From: a bacterium
GTDB taxonomy: Bacteria; JAJRZV01
DNA length: 64,000 bases
Direction: 5' to 3'
NCBI GenBank assembly: GCA_024275095.1
Contig: JAJRZV010000025.1
Coordinates: 599-64,598 of the forward strand
The stretch's first letter is position 1. The number at the start of each line of letters is the position of its first letter. The notes below the pieces were generated by a model. It was given only the letters and a program-made list of their open reading frames with translations, searched no databases and was not told where the DNA came from. Positions 49,759 through 58,681 of this stretch are shown here, piece by piece. Position numbers and translations under genes: made by a program.

Positions 49759-50685
49759 ATGAACAGCATTAGAGGAAAAAGGGTGATTGTGATAGATGAT
49801 TCTCAGTCCATGAGAAAGGAAATTATAAACATGTTGAAGAAGCGGGATTTGTTTGAAGAATACGACGAGGCAGAGGACGGACTCAATGGATTTAAGAAGA
49901 TTATGGAACGGCCCTATGACATCATCCTTCTGGATGTGATGATGCCCAACCTGGGGGGATATGAATTTCTCACCTGGAAAGCCCGGCGAAAAGAACTGGC
50001 AAACGTTCCTGTGATCCTTATCACATCAGTGGATGATGTGGAGTCGAAAGTAAAGGGGCTTCAGTTAGGCGCTCATGATTATGTGGTTAAACCCTTTCAG
50101 GAGGAAGAACTTGTCGCACGGGTGGGTGTGCACCTGAAGGTAAAAAAGCTTCAGGATGAGCTTCTCTCCACGTTGAAAAAATTAGAGCATCTTTCTGTGA
50201 CGGATCACCTGACAGGACTGTACAACAGGCGGCACCTCATGGAACTTCTGCAAAGAGAATTTGACCGAAGCGTTCGCTACTCCAGCAAGCTCAGCATCAT
50301 CATGGTGGACATTGATCACTTCAAGCATTTCAATGACCGCTATGGGCATCTCACCGGTGATATGGTGCTGGTCAAGGTGGCGGAAGAGCTGCGCAATAAT
50401 CTGCGCAAGCACGATATTATAGGACGATACGGTGGCGAAGAATTTGTCATTATTTTGCCTGAAACAGACGTGAGGGGTGCGATGACTGTGGCTGAGAGGT
50501 ATCGCAAACGCATCAGTGAAAAGAACTTTGGTTCAGATAAGACACCTTTGAGGGTCACCATCAGCCTGGGAGTAGCTGGATATCCAGAGCACCCCATAAA
50601 AGATATTGATGATCTTTTGCGGCTTGCCGATACCGCCCTTTATAAGGCAAAGAGGGAAGGACGTAACAGGGTTGCTGCCGCATGA
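49759..50685 (+). CDS. Response regulator receiver fused to a GGDEF diguanylate cyclase (PleD/WspR-like)
   Basis: REC domain (VIVIDDS...ILLDVMMP) followed by a GGDEF domain (RYGGEEF). Confidence 0.85.
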   Translation: MNSIRGKRVIVIDDSQSMRKEIINMLKKRDLFEEYDEAEDGLNGFKKIMERPYDIILLDVMMPNLGGYEFLTWKARRKELANVPVILITSVDDVESKVKGLQLGAHDYVVKPFQEEELVARVGVHLKVKKLQDELLSTLKKLEHLSVTDHLTGLYNRRHLMELLQREFDRSVRYSSKLSIIMVDIDHFKHFNDRYGHLTGDMVLVKVAEELRNNLRKHDIIGRYGGEEFVIILPETDVRGAMTVAERYRKRISEKNFGSDKTPLRVTISLGVAGYPEHPIKDIDDLLRLADTALYKAKREGRNRVAAA

Positions 50686-50697
50686 CAGCGGGTTTGT

Positions 50698-51000
50698 TTA
50701 GAAGTATCCGAGTTTTTCCTTGGCTTCTTCTGACATCATTTCCGGTCGCCAGGGTGGGTCCCACACGAGTTCAACTTTTGCTTCTTCGACTCCTTCGAGA
50801 GCTTTTATTGCCTCTTCCGCGCTTTTCATGAGCGTGGCATAAAGAGGACAACCCGGAGTGGTCATGGTCATTTTTATGTGAACACGGCCACCTTCTATTT
50901 TTACGTCGTATACAAGTCCAAGATTAACGATGTCTATGCCGATTTCAGGGTCCACGACTCTTTTGAGAGCTTCGAGAACCTTTTCCCGGGTTAATTCCAT
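50698..51000 (-). CDS. DUF59/MIP18-family Fe-S assembly protein (SufT-like)
   Basis: VVDPEIGIDIVNLGLVY...TTPGCP is the typical DUF59 pattern. Confidence 0.7.
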   Translation of the reverse strand: MELTREKVLEALKRVVDPEIGIDIVNLGLVYDVKIEGGRVHIKMTMTTPGCPLYATLMKSAEEAIKALEGVEEAKVELVWDPPWRPEMMSEEAKEKLGYF

Positions 51001-51084
51001 GAGCTCCTCCCTTTTTTCTATAAGGTTTTAAGTGATCTCGTATACCGCGAGGTGAAATTCCAATCTATAATACCTGGACTTTTC

Positions 51085-51158
51085 CGGGGCCGACGGGACT
51101 TGAACCCGCGCCCTCCGGCTTGACAGACCGGCGTTCTAACCGTCTGAACTACGGCCCC
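51085..51158 (-). tRNA. tRNA-Asp (anticodon GUC)
   Basis: The reverse complement GGGGCCGTAGTTCAGACGGTTAGAACGCCGGTCTGTCAAGCCGGAGGGCGCGGGTTCAAGTCCCGTCGGCCCCG folds as a cloverleaf with anticodon loop CUGUCAA. Confidence 0.85.
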
Positions 51159-51660
51159 GTAGTTTGGTGTAATCTTATAAGCGACAGGGCTATCTCGTCA
51201 ATGCTGTTGAGTCGAGACCCGGAATTCAACCCGGTATTCCATATCATACAAAAGTGTGACGAATATGAAATGATGATGGTACGGTGCGCTGTATTGTTTT
51301 GAATCATGCCGAAACGAAAAGCTGGAACACCTTTTTTTATGTGGGGCGGGTTGTTCGGTGAGCGAGTCTCACGGACATGTAGAGCATCAAATGGTTGCTT
51401 TCAGCAGCCGTGTTTTGAGGAAGGTCTCTACCATAAACAAGGTCGCTGGTTTTATAATTGTTTTACATGCGACGTAGAGTGTTTTTCTGGACGCAATTTT
51501 TATTTCTCTTGTTATTTATGGTATGGGGGTATCTGAACGCGACGTCCTTGGTGTATCCCATCAGGTATGGAAGGAAGGCCGATAAGGCTTTAATCCATCA
51601 GCAGGTGCAGGAAGGCAACCTGTCACTGCGAGAAGCACGCTTTTACACAACGCTGAAAAA

Positions 51661-52647
51661 ATGATGGGCAAACCTTCCATACGGTGTGAACTGTGCCCCA
51701 AACGGTGTGAGCTGGCCGAAGGAATGAAAGGGGATTGTCGTGTAAGGTACGTTGAAAACGGGAAACTTTATACGCTGGTGTACGCAAAAGCATGTGCTGT
51801 CCACGTGGATCCCATGGAGAAAAAACCCATGTTTCACTTCCTTCCAGGAACCCCTATTTTTTCCATTGCCACGGCAGGTTGCAATTTGCATTGCAAGTTC
51901 TGCCAGAACTGGGAAATATCTCAAACAGACCCGGAGGACCTCAACAATGTTCATCTGCCTCCTGAACGTGTGGTGTCACTGGCACGCTCTTACAGGTGCA
52001 AGAGCATTGCATACACGTATTCAGAACCCATTGTGTTTTACGAATACACCTATGACACGGCACGCCTGGCCACAGAGCAGGGTCTGAAAAACGTCCTGGT
52101 GACCGCTGGCTTCATCAATGAAAAACCACTGAGAGAGCTGTGCGGTGTATCGCAGGGAGCCAATGTGGACCTCAAGGCTTTTACCGAAGAATATTATGTT
52201 CAGATCTGTGACGGGCGCTTGAAAACGATTTTGCAGACACTGGAAATTATGAAGGAGGAAGGAGTGTGGGTGGAAATTACCAACCTCGTTGTGCCCACAC
52301 TCAATGACAACATGAATGAAATTCGATCCATGTGCCGCTGGATACGTGACCATCTGGGGCCGGAGGTGCCTCTTCACTTCAGTCGCTTTTTCCCCAGGTA
52401 TAAGCTGCGACATCTTTACCCCACACCGCTTAAAACGCTCACGAGGGCTGCTGAAATTGCAAAAGAAGAGGGCCTTCACTACGTTTATGTCGGTAATGTG
52501 CCGGGTAACGACTGGGAAGACACGTTCTGCCCCTCGTGCAGTAAGAAAATCGTTGACCGTTACGGGTATCGGATTCTGGATTACCGTATCACTCCAGAGG
52601 GAAAATGTGAGTACTGCGGTACAAGGATTGCGGGGGTGTGGTCATGA
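51661..52647 (+). CDS. amrS: AmmeMemoRadiSam-system radical SAM enzyme
   Basis: CELCPKRCEL...GDCRVRY N-terminal Cys motif plus the radical-SAM CNLHCKFCQN cluster, as in AMMECR1-associated PflA-like activases. Confidence 0.8.
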   Translation: MMGKPSIRCELCPKRCELAEGMKGDCRVRYVENGKLYTLVYAKACAVHVDPMEKKPMFHFLPGTPIFSIATAGCNLHCKFCQNWEISQTDPEDLNNVHLPPERVVSLARSYRCKSIAYTYSEPIVFYEYTYDTARLATEQGLKNVLVTAGFINEKPLRELCGVSQGANVDLKAFTEEYYVQICDGRLKTILQTLEIMKEEGVWVEITNLVVPTLNDNMNEIRSMCRWIRDHLGPEVPLHFSRFFPRYKLRHLYPTPLKTLTRAAEIAKEEGLHYVYVGNVPGNDWEDTFCPSCSKKIVDRYGYRILDYRITPEGKCEYCGTRIAGVWS

Positions 52648-52801
52648 AACCGGGGAGGTCCAGGAATCTGAAACCCGGCCGGAGGAGAGTGCTTAAGGGT
52701 TTGCTCGCCTTTCCGGTGGTGTCTTGTTTTGCAATAAAAAAGCGTCGCCATCGAAAGGTGACGTTCAGGGAAGCACAGTTTTATCGCAGGGTCAACAGGG
52801 C

Positions 52802-53629
52802 TTAGCTTTCTTTACCTTCTTTCCCGCGGGGAAGAGGAATGTACTCCACCGATGGGATACGTCGTACGGGCTGGGGATAGAGAGCCATGAGTGAATAGAT
52901 CTCTTCCGGCATTTCGTGGGATACGTTCAATCCAAGAGCCTTTGCCTCTTCAAAAGAAATGGGATGGTCGTGCGTCCACACTCCCTGTGATAGCAGGTCG
53001 GCCACTTTGTCCCTCACGTCTTCAGGATATGTACCTTCCATAAGTTCGCGGACACTTTCTCGAACCTGCTCGATTGCTTTTTCGGCCACATCTGCCAGTA
53101 TAAGAGTGCGGTCTTCCAGTGAATCAACATTCTTTTCTTTTCGAGCTTTGACAATGGATGCTGCCGGCATCCCGTTAAGCTGAGGATCTACAGGACCCAG
53201 GACAGCGTGAGGCCCCATAACGATTTCATCTGCGGCAAGTGCGATCAGTGTGCCACCTGACATGGCGTAGAAAGGCACAAATACCGTAACTTTGCCCCTG
53301 TGTTTCTTGATGGCCCTTGCAATCTGAAGTGACGCCAGCACCAGCCCACCAGGTGTATGAAGAATCAGGTCAACAGGAACGTCCTCCTCTGTCATGTGAA
53401 TAACCCGTATGACTTCTTCAGAATCGTGAATATCAATGTAACGGAAAACGGGGAAACCCAGAAGTGACATTGTCTCCTGTCGGTGAATGAGAAGAATTAC
53501 GCGGGAGTTTCGCATTTTTTCTATTTTTGCAATCAGGCGCTTGCGCATGTTTTCTAACATCATCTGTTTCAGGTAAGGTTGCATCGCTGCGACAATGAAA
53601 AACAGCCAGAACAGGTCTCCTATGCCCAT
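52802..53629 (-). CDS. ClpP/S49-fold serine protease of the SDH (serine dehydrogenase proteinase) family
   Basis: VILLIHRQE...LILHTPGGLVLAS...MSGGTLIALAADEIVM. Start placed at MGIGDLFW, preceded by GGAGG; the listed ORF has a 125-aa spurious 5' extension. Confidence 0.6.
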   Translation of the reverse strand: MGIGDLFWLFFIVAAMQPYLKQMMLENMRKRLIAKIEKMRNSRVILLIHRQETMSLLGFPVFRYIDIHDSEEVIRVIHMTEEDVPVDLILHTPGGLVLASLQIARAIKKHRGKVTVFVPFYAMSGGTLIALAADEIVMGPHAVLGPVDPQLNGMPAASIVKARKEKNVDSLEDRTLILADVAEKAIEQVRESVRELMEGTYPEDVRDKVADLLSQGVWTHDHPISFEEAKALGLNVSHEMPEEIYSLMALYPQPVRRIPSVEYIPLPRGKEGKES

Positions 53630-53677
53630 TTGAACCTCCTGCAATTTTGTATAAATTAATTTTATACAATTGGGGTC

Positions 53678-54514
53678 TTGTGGGCCATCTGGAGAACGAA
53701 ATACAATATTTTTATGAACAGGAGGAGGGGGGATCGAGTTTTCGGTGTATTTTTGTGCCTTTCTCTTCTCATTCACCTGCTTGTGCTTTACCTCCCTGTG
53801 AGTCAGCGCTTTCTTGAAGAAATGGCCAGGAGAAAAGAGCGCACACGCGAACCAGTACAGATTACACTCGTACCTCTTCCTGAAACACGCGAAAAACCCA
53901 ATGAGAAAGCGCGGCTGGGTCCCGCTACTCACAAAGCTGAAAAAGAACGGCGCAGAAAGGCTGTTCCGCGGGAAAGTTCTGGTGGTCGCAGAGCGCTTGC
54001 CCAAAGCACCTCAAAAGCGGAAAAGGAGCTCGAAAAGAAGCAGCGTACGGAGAATAAGACAGGGGAGTTGGAAGAGAAGCAGAAAAAAAAGCAACTGGCG
54101 CTTCTTCCCACGCGAGACCCTGGCAAATGGAAGGACGAGAGAACAGAAAGGCACATTCTGGATGAGGCTCTCAAAGAAGAAGAAACTGTAGACCTCAACA
54201 CCACCGAGTTCAAATATATCTCCTACTTTTCAAAACTCAAAAACATGATAGAGATGGTGTGGGTGTATCCGTATTCTGCGATCATGCGCGGTGAGGAGGG
54301 GACAGTCACCCTACGCTTTACCATTGAACGCACAGGACGTTTGTCTGGTGTTGAGGTGGTGAGATCTTCGGGAGTTCCCGAACTGGATACGGCGGCTGTT
54401 AATGCTGTAAAAGAAGCCTCGCCCTTTCCACCGCTTCCCCATTCCTGGAAAATTAAACGACTTAACGTGGTGGGGGAGTTCCATTATATTCTCGGATATC
54501 GTTTTGTACGCTAA
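53678..54514 (+). CDS. TonB-family energy transducer (C-terminal TonB domain)
   Basis: N-terminal TM segment, a Lys/Glu/Pro-rich linker and a TonB_C domain (EGTVTLRFTIERTGRLSGVEVVRSSG...LD.AA..AV). Confidence 0.7.
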   Translation: MWAIWRTKYNIFMNRRRGDRVFGVFLCLSLLIHLLVLYLPVSQRFLEEMARRKERTREPVQITLVPLPETREKPNEKARLGPATHKAEKERRRKAVPRESSGGRRALAQSTSKAEKELEKKQRTENKTGELEEKQKKKQLALLPTRDPGKWKDERTERHILDEALKEEETVDLNTTEFKYISYFSKLKNMIEMVWVYPYSAIMRGEEGTVTLRFTIERTGRLSGVEVVRSSGVPELDTAAVNAVKEASPFPPLPHSWKIKRLNVVGEFHYILGYRFVR

Positions 54515-54589
54515 GGATTGAGATACACTCAAAGGCAGTATATGATGTAACATTCTATTGAATGTAATTTCTCTATTGGAGGAAAAGGC

Positions 54590-55159
54590 ATGGGCGTTAT
54601 CAGTGCCAATGATATGAGAAAAGGTGTGCGGGTGTAAATTGACGGAGACGTGTATGAAGTGGTGGATTTTCAGCACATAAAGAAGGCAAGGCGTTCCGCT
54701 ACCGTTCGGGTAAAACTGAAGAATCTTATTGACGGCAGAGTTATAGAGAAGTCCTTTCTTTCCACAGATACTGTTGAAACGCCTGATCTCGAAGAGAAAC
54801 GTGCTCAGTACCTTTATCAGGATGGAGACAATTACGTGTTCATGGATCTCGAGACGTATGAACAATACACCGTAGACGGGAATGTACTCGGGGATGCGAT
54901 CAACTACTTACAGGAGAACATGGAGGTGGGGATTCTCTTTCACAGGGGGGCTCCGGCTGCAATCTCCTTACCCAATACGGTGGAACTGGAGGTGGTGGAT
55001 ACACCTCCGGGTGTGAGAGGGGATACGGAAAGTGGTGGTTCGAAGCCGGCAACGCTTTCGACCGGGGCGGTGGTGCAGGTGCCGCTGTTCATCAATATCG
55101 GTGATATTATCAAGGTTGACACGCGCACGGGGAAATACGTGGAGCGTGTGAGCAAATAA
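54590..55159 (+). pseudogene. efp: Elongation factor P with an in-frame TAA at codon 16 (54635-54637)
   Basis: ATG at 54590 is preceded by GGAGGAAAAGGC. It translates as MGVISANDMRKGVRV-TAA-IDGDVYEVVDFQH..., collinear with EF-P (e.g. GLTIEVDGGIWRVVDFQH). The rest of the protein is full length and conserved (KPATLSTGAVVQVPLF). Confidence 0.8.
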
Positions 55160-55166
55160 CAGGGCC

Positions 55167-56150
55167 ATGACGCGTAAAAAAGTAAAACGCATAGGGATTC
55201 TTACTTCCGGAGGGGACGCACCTGGAATGAATCCGTGCATTCGTGCGGTTGTGCGCACGGCTCTCAAAGAAGGCCTGTCTGTTGTGGGTATAAAACACGG
55301 TTACGAGGGGCTTGTCAGCGGCGAAATGGAAGAAATGCACTGGCGTTCGGTTTCCAATATTATCAAGGACGGAGGTACTGTTCTCGGTACGGGGCGCTCA
55401 CGCGATTTTCTCACCGAAAGGGGACAGCGGAGGGCCTGGGAGAACCTGAAAAAGGCAAATGTGGATGCGCTTGTCGTGATGGGTGGTGATGGTACTTTCA
55501 GGGGTGCGTATGAGTTCGGCGAACGGTTCGGTGTAAAGATTGTGGGCATTCCCGCCACCATCGACAACGATGTGGCGGGCACGGACTATACCATTGGCTT
55601 TGATACAGCTGTTAACACCGCCCTTGAGGCGATTGACCGCATACGGGACACGGCAACTTCGTTTGAAAGGATTTTTTACGTGGAGGTCATGGGCCGTCTT
55701 TCCGGATATATTGCGCTGTACTCGGCACTTGCAGGCGGAGCAGAGGAGGTACTTATCCCGGAGACACGCACGGATATAAAGAAACTCACTGAACTTATAC
55801 TGAACTCCCTCAAGGCTGGCAAGCGAAGCATTCTCATTATTGTTGCTGAGGGAGATGACATTGGTGGAGCCTTTGAGATTGCGCGGAAAGTGCGATTGAA
55901 GGTGGACGCAGACTATAGGGTGTGCGTGCTGGGACATATTCAACGTGGTGGATCCCCTACCGCGGCGGACAGGATCCTTGCTACCAAACTCGGGTATTAC
56001 GCTGTGCAGGCCGTTAAAGAGGGACGTTTCGGTGTTGCCGTGGGAGAGGTAAAGGGGAAGATCGTTTACACCCCCTTTGCCAAACTGCTCAAACAAACCA
56101 AAGCACTGGATCCTTTCCTCCAGCACCTTGTGGAGACTCTCGGCGCATGA
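55167..56150 (+). CDS. pfkA: ATP-dependent 6-phosphofructokinase
   Basis: IGILTSGGDAPGMNPCIRAVV, GGDGT and the MGR-type catalytic motif (VEVMGRLSG). Confidence 0.9.
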   Translation: MTRKKVKRIGILTSGGDAPGMNPCIRAVVRTALKEGLSVVGIKHGYEGLVSGEMEEMHWRSVSNIIKDGGTVLGTGRSRDFLTERGQRRAWENLKKANVDALVVMGGDGTFRGAYEFGERFGVKIVGIPATIDNDVAGTDYTIGFDTAVNTALEAIDRIRDTATSFERIFYVEVMGRLSGYIALYSALAGGAEEVLIPETRTDIKKLTELILNSLKAGKRSILIIVAEGDDIGGAFEIARKVRLKVDADYRVCVLGHIQRGGSPTAADRILATKLGYYAVQAVKEGRFGVAVGEVKGKIVYTPFAKLLKQTKALDPFLQHLVETLGA

Positions 56151-57511
56151 ACTACAGAAAATTTGCATCATTTGATGACCTTCTCCAGGAAATGGACGGC
56201 ACTGTAGCAGTGCAGGGGAACGAGGTGGTGATTCAGGACCTCGACGCTTTTGTCGAAAAGCACCTGGATACGGTGGTGTTTAATGCTTACTTTTCTACTC
56301 CTGATGTGCGGATGGAGTGTGTAGAGCTCATAAAGAAGGCATCTCAAGAAGGTGGGGTGCGTTCTGAGTCACTCCTGCCTGTATATGTGAAAAGAGGAAA
56401 AGGAGAACTCGGCGGTTTCACTGTGCCTGCGCTCAATGTACGCCTCATGCCTTATGATTTCATGCGCTGTGTATTGCGGATGGCTCGGGAAACTGATACG
56501 GGGCTTTTTGTTTTCGAAATTGCGCGGTCTGAAATTTCCTACACGGACCAGCCTCCGTCACTTTATGCTGCTGCTGCCATGGCAGCAGCATTACGTGAGG
56601 GTTACAGGTATCCAATCTTTCTTCAGGGAGATCACTTTCAGGTCAATCCCTCAAAATTTGCAGAGGATCCGGGAGCTGAAAAAGAAGCAATATGCAACCT
56701 CATTCGGGAAGCAGTAAACGGAGGCATGAAAAACATTGACATAGATTGCTCCACTGTGGTTCACGAAAACGCCAGCAGCCCGGAAGAAGAACAGGCGCTC
56801 AATGCAGAGCTTACCGCCTACTTCACACAATTTATCCGTTCCCTCGATAAAGGAGACGGGGTCAATGTCGGTGGTGAAATCGGAGAAATTGGGAAACGCA
56901 ATTCTACACCAGAAGATTTTCACGCGTTTATGAAAAGATTTGCTGAACACCTTGGAGCTTCTGAGCCTTACCGTGGTATCTCGAAAATCAGCGTTCAAAC
57001 CGGTACCCGTCACGGAGGTTTTATTCTTCCTGATGGAAGCGTTGCCAGGGTTAGCGTGGATTTCAATACATTACGCGATATATCGCGAATTGCACGCGAA
57101 GAGTACGGGATGGCCGGTGCTGTTCAACACGGAGCGAGCACATTACCCGTGGATTTGTTTGATAAATTCCCCGAGGTAGAGACAGCAGAAATTCACCTGG
57201 CCACACAGTTCATGAATATGATTTTTGACAGCCAGCACTTTCCGGAGGAACTTCGTGAAGACCTGCGCAAGGTCACTTTTGAAATTCGTGGTCACGTGCG
57301 TGAGCGTTACGAAACAGATGAACAGTTCCTCATGTCCAACAGAAAGTTTGCCATCAAGTATCTGGCTGAAGATGTGTGGCGTCTTTCAGACGATGTAAAA
57401 AATGCCATTCTTGAAGAGCTGTGTGCTTACCTGCACCAGGTGTTCACCCGGCTTCGGGTGATTAATACCCGCAAGATTGTGGAGGCTACTTACAATCAGC
57501 GTGAGGAGTGA
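56147..57511 (+). CDS. Class II (metal-dependent) fructose/ketose-bisphosphate aldolase family protein, long divergent form
   Basis: Loose matches to class II aldolase motifs (FLQGDHF ~ LHLDHG; NIDIDCS ~ VMIDGS; VGGEIGEIG ~ VEAELG.LGG). The ATG overlaps the pfkA stop (ATGA). Assignment is tentative. Confidence 0.45.
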   Translation: MNYRKFASFDDLLQEMDGTVAVQGNEVVIQDLDAFVEKHLDTVVFNAYFSTPDVRMECVELIKKASQEGGVRSESLLPVYVKRGKGELGGFTVPALNVRLMPYDFMRCVLRMARETDTGLFVFEIARSEISYTDQPPSLYAAAAMAAALREGYRYPIFLQGDHFQVNPSKFAEDPGAEKEAICNLIREAVNGGMKNIDIDCSTVVHENASSPEEEQALNAELTAYFTQFIRSLDKGDGVNVGGEIGEIGKRNSTPEDFHAFMKRFAEHLGASEPYRGISKISVQTGTRHGGFILPDGSVARVSVDFNTLRDISRIAREEYGMAGAVQHGASTLPVDLFDKFPEVETAEIHLATQFMNMIFDSQHFPEELREDLRKVTFEIRGHVRERYETDEQFLMSNRKFAIKYLAEDVWRLSDDVKNAILEELCAYLHQVFTRLRVINTRKIVEATYNQREE

Positions 57512-58635
57512 AATCGCATTTCTGGCCTGCCGTTTTTCATATAAAGAACCACACGACCTTTCTTACCTTTTCCAAAATAGGTAAAAGCAGCTTTTTCGAT
57601 GTGCTTTGTAATGATGCTTTCCAAGCCCCTGGCACCGGTTTGACGTTTAAGGCTTTCTTCGACGATGAAGTCGAGCACGTCTTCTTTTACTTCGAGTTCA
57701 AGCCGTTCAGCTTGGAATTCGTTTTTGAAGCGGTCCACTACATTATCCACAAGAATGCTTTTCAGCGTCTCCTTATCCAGGGCCTTCATGGGTACAATCC
57801 GGGTGAATCGGCCGATGAGCTCTGGTAGAAAGCCATACGTACTGAATGTTTCGATGTCCTCGACAAGGTCTTCGTCGTAGTCGACAGCGATGCTCTCCTT
57901 TTCCACCTTCCGGATTTCACCGGTAAACCCCAAGGAATTGCCTGCTCGACGCGTGTACAGACTTTTGAACCCGGAGAAGGCTCCACAGCCGATAAAGACA
58001 ATGTCTTCCGTGCTGATGTTGACGCGCTGGCTGTAAACCGTATTGTTGTAGTCCAGAGGCACCGGCACCACACTGCCCTCAAGAATTTTCAAAAGTTCTT
58101 TTTGAACGCCCAGTCCACTGACGTCTTTGGTTGTTCCCGCACCATCAAAGCGTGCTGTGTTCTGGGTAGAAGCGAGTTTGTCGAATTCGTCGAGGCATAC
58201 CACCCCGAAAGAAGCCAGCACAGGATTCATACCCGATGCGTAGAGCAGGCGCGTGAGGATTGTTTTCACATCATCACCAACGTAGCCTGTTTCAGAGAAT
58301 GTGGTCATGTCCACGATCACCGTGGGAAGGTGCAGAATGTCACGAAAGAGCAGCTCCACCAGAAATGTTTTCCCGCAGCCGGTGGGTCCCATGATAAGGT
58401 AGTTGCTGCGCGGGGGGAGCTCTTCGCGCGGAATACTGTGAACATAAATGTTTTTCAGCCTGCGGATGTGCCTGTATGCCATGAGACACACGGTGCGGCG
58501 TGCCTCTTCCTGGCCCCGGTAACCCTTTTCTTCCAGCATGTGAAACATTTCTTCAGGGGTAAGAAGCGGAAGCGCAGCAATGAACTTGACGGCATTTTCC
58601 TGATACTTGGATGATTCTGTTCTCACAAGAGCCAT
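57496..58635 (-). CDS. ClpX/HslU-like AAA+ ATPase lacking the ClpX N-terminal zinc-finger domain
   Basis: LIMGPTGCGKTFL...VIVDMTTFSETGYVGDDV...CLDEFDKL...LKILEGSVVPVP are collinear with the ClpX AAA+ module. 379 aa. Confidence 0.6.
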   Translation of the reverse strand: MALVRTESSKYQENAVKFIAALPLLTPEEMFHMLEEKGYRGQEEARRTVCLMAYRHIRRLKNIYVHSIPREELPPRSNYLIMGPTGCGKTFLVELLFRDILHLPTVIVDMTTFSETGYVGDDVKTILTRLLYASGMNPVLASFGVVCLDEFDKLASTQNTARFDGAGTTKDVSGLGVQKELLKILEGSVVPVPLDYNNTVYSQRVNISTEDIVFIGCGAFSGFKSLYTRRAGNSLGFTGEIRKVEKESIAVDYDEDLVEDIETFSTYGFLPELIGRFTRIVPMKALDKETLKSILVDNVVDRFKNEFQAERLELEVKEDVLDFIVEESLKRQTGARGLESIITKHIEKAAFTYFGKGKKGRVVLYMKNGRPEMRFHSSR

Positions 58636-58681
58636 ATGTAATATGATAATACAAATTTCAACCTGTCAAAAGGAGCAGTAG

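Noticed and set aside
51540-51600. SRP (4.5S) RNA-like GGAAGGAAG motif
   Set aside because: Flanking sequence does not form the conserved domain IV helix or a closing stem. Only the short motif matches.
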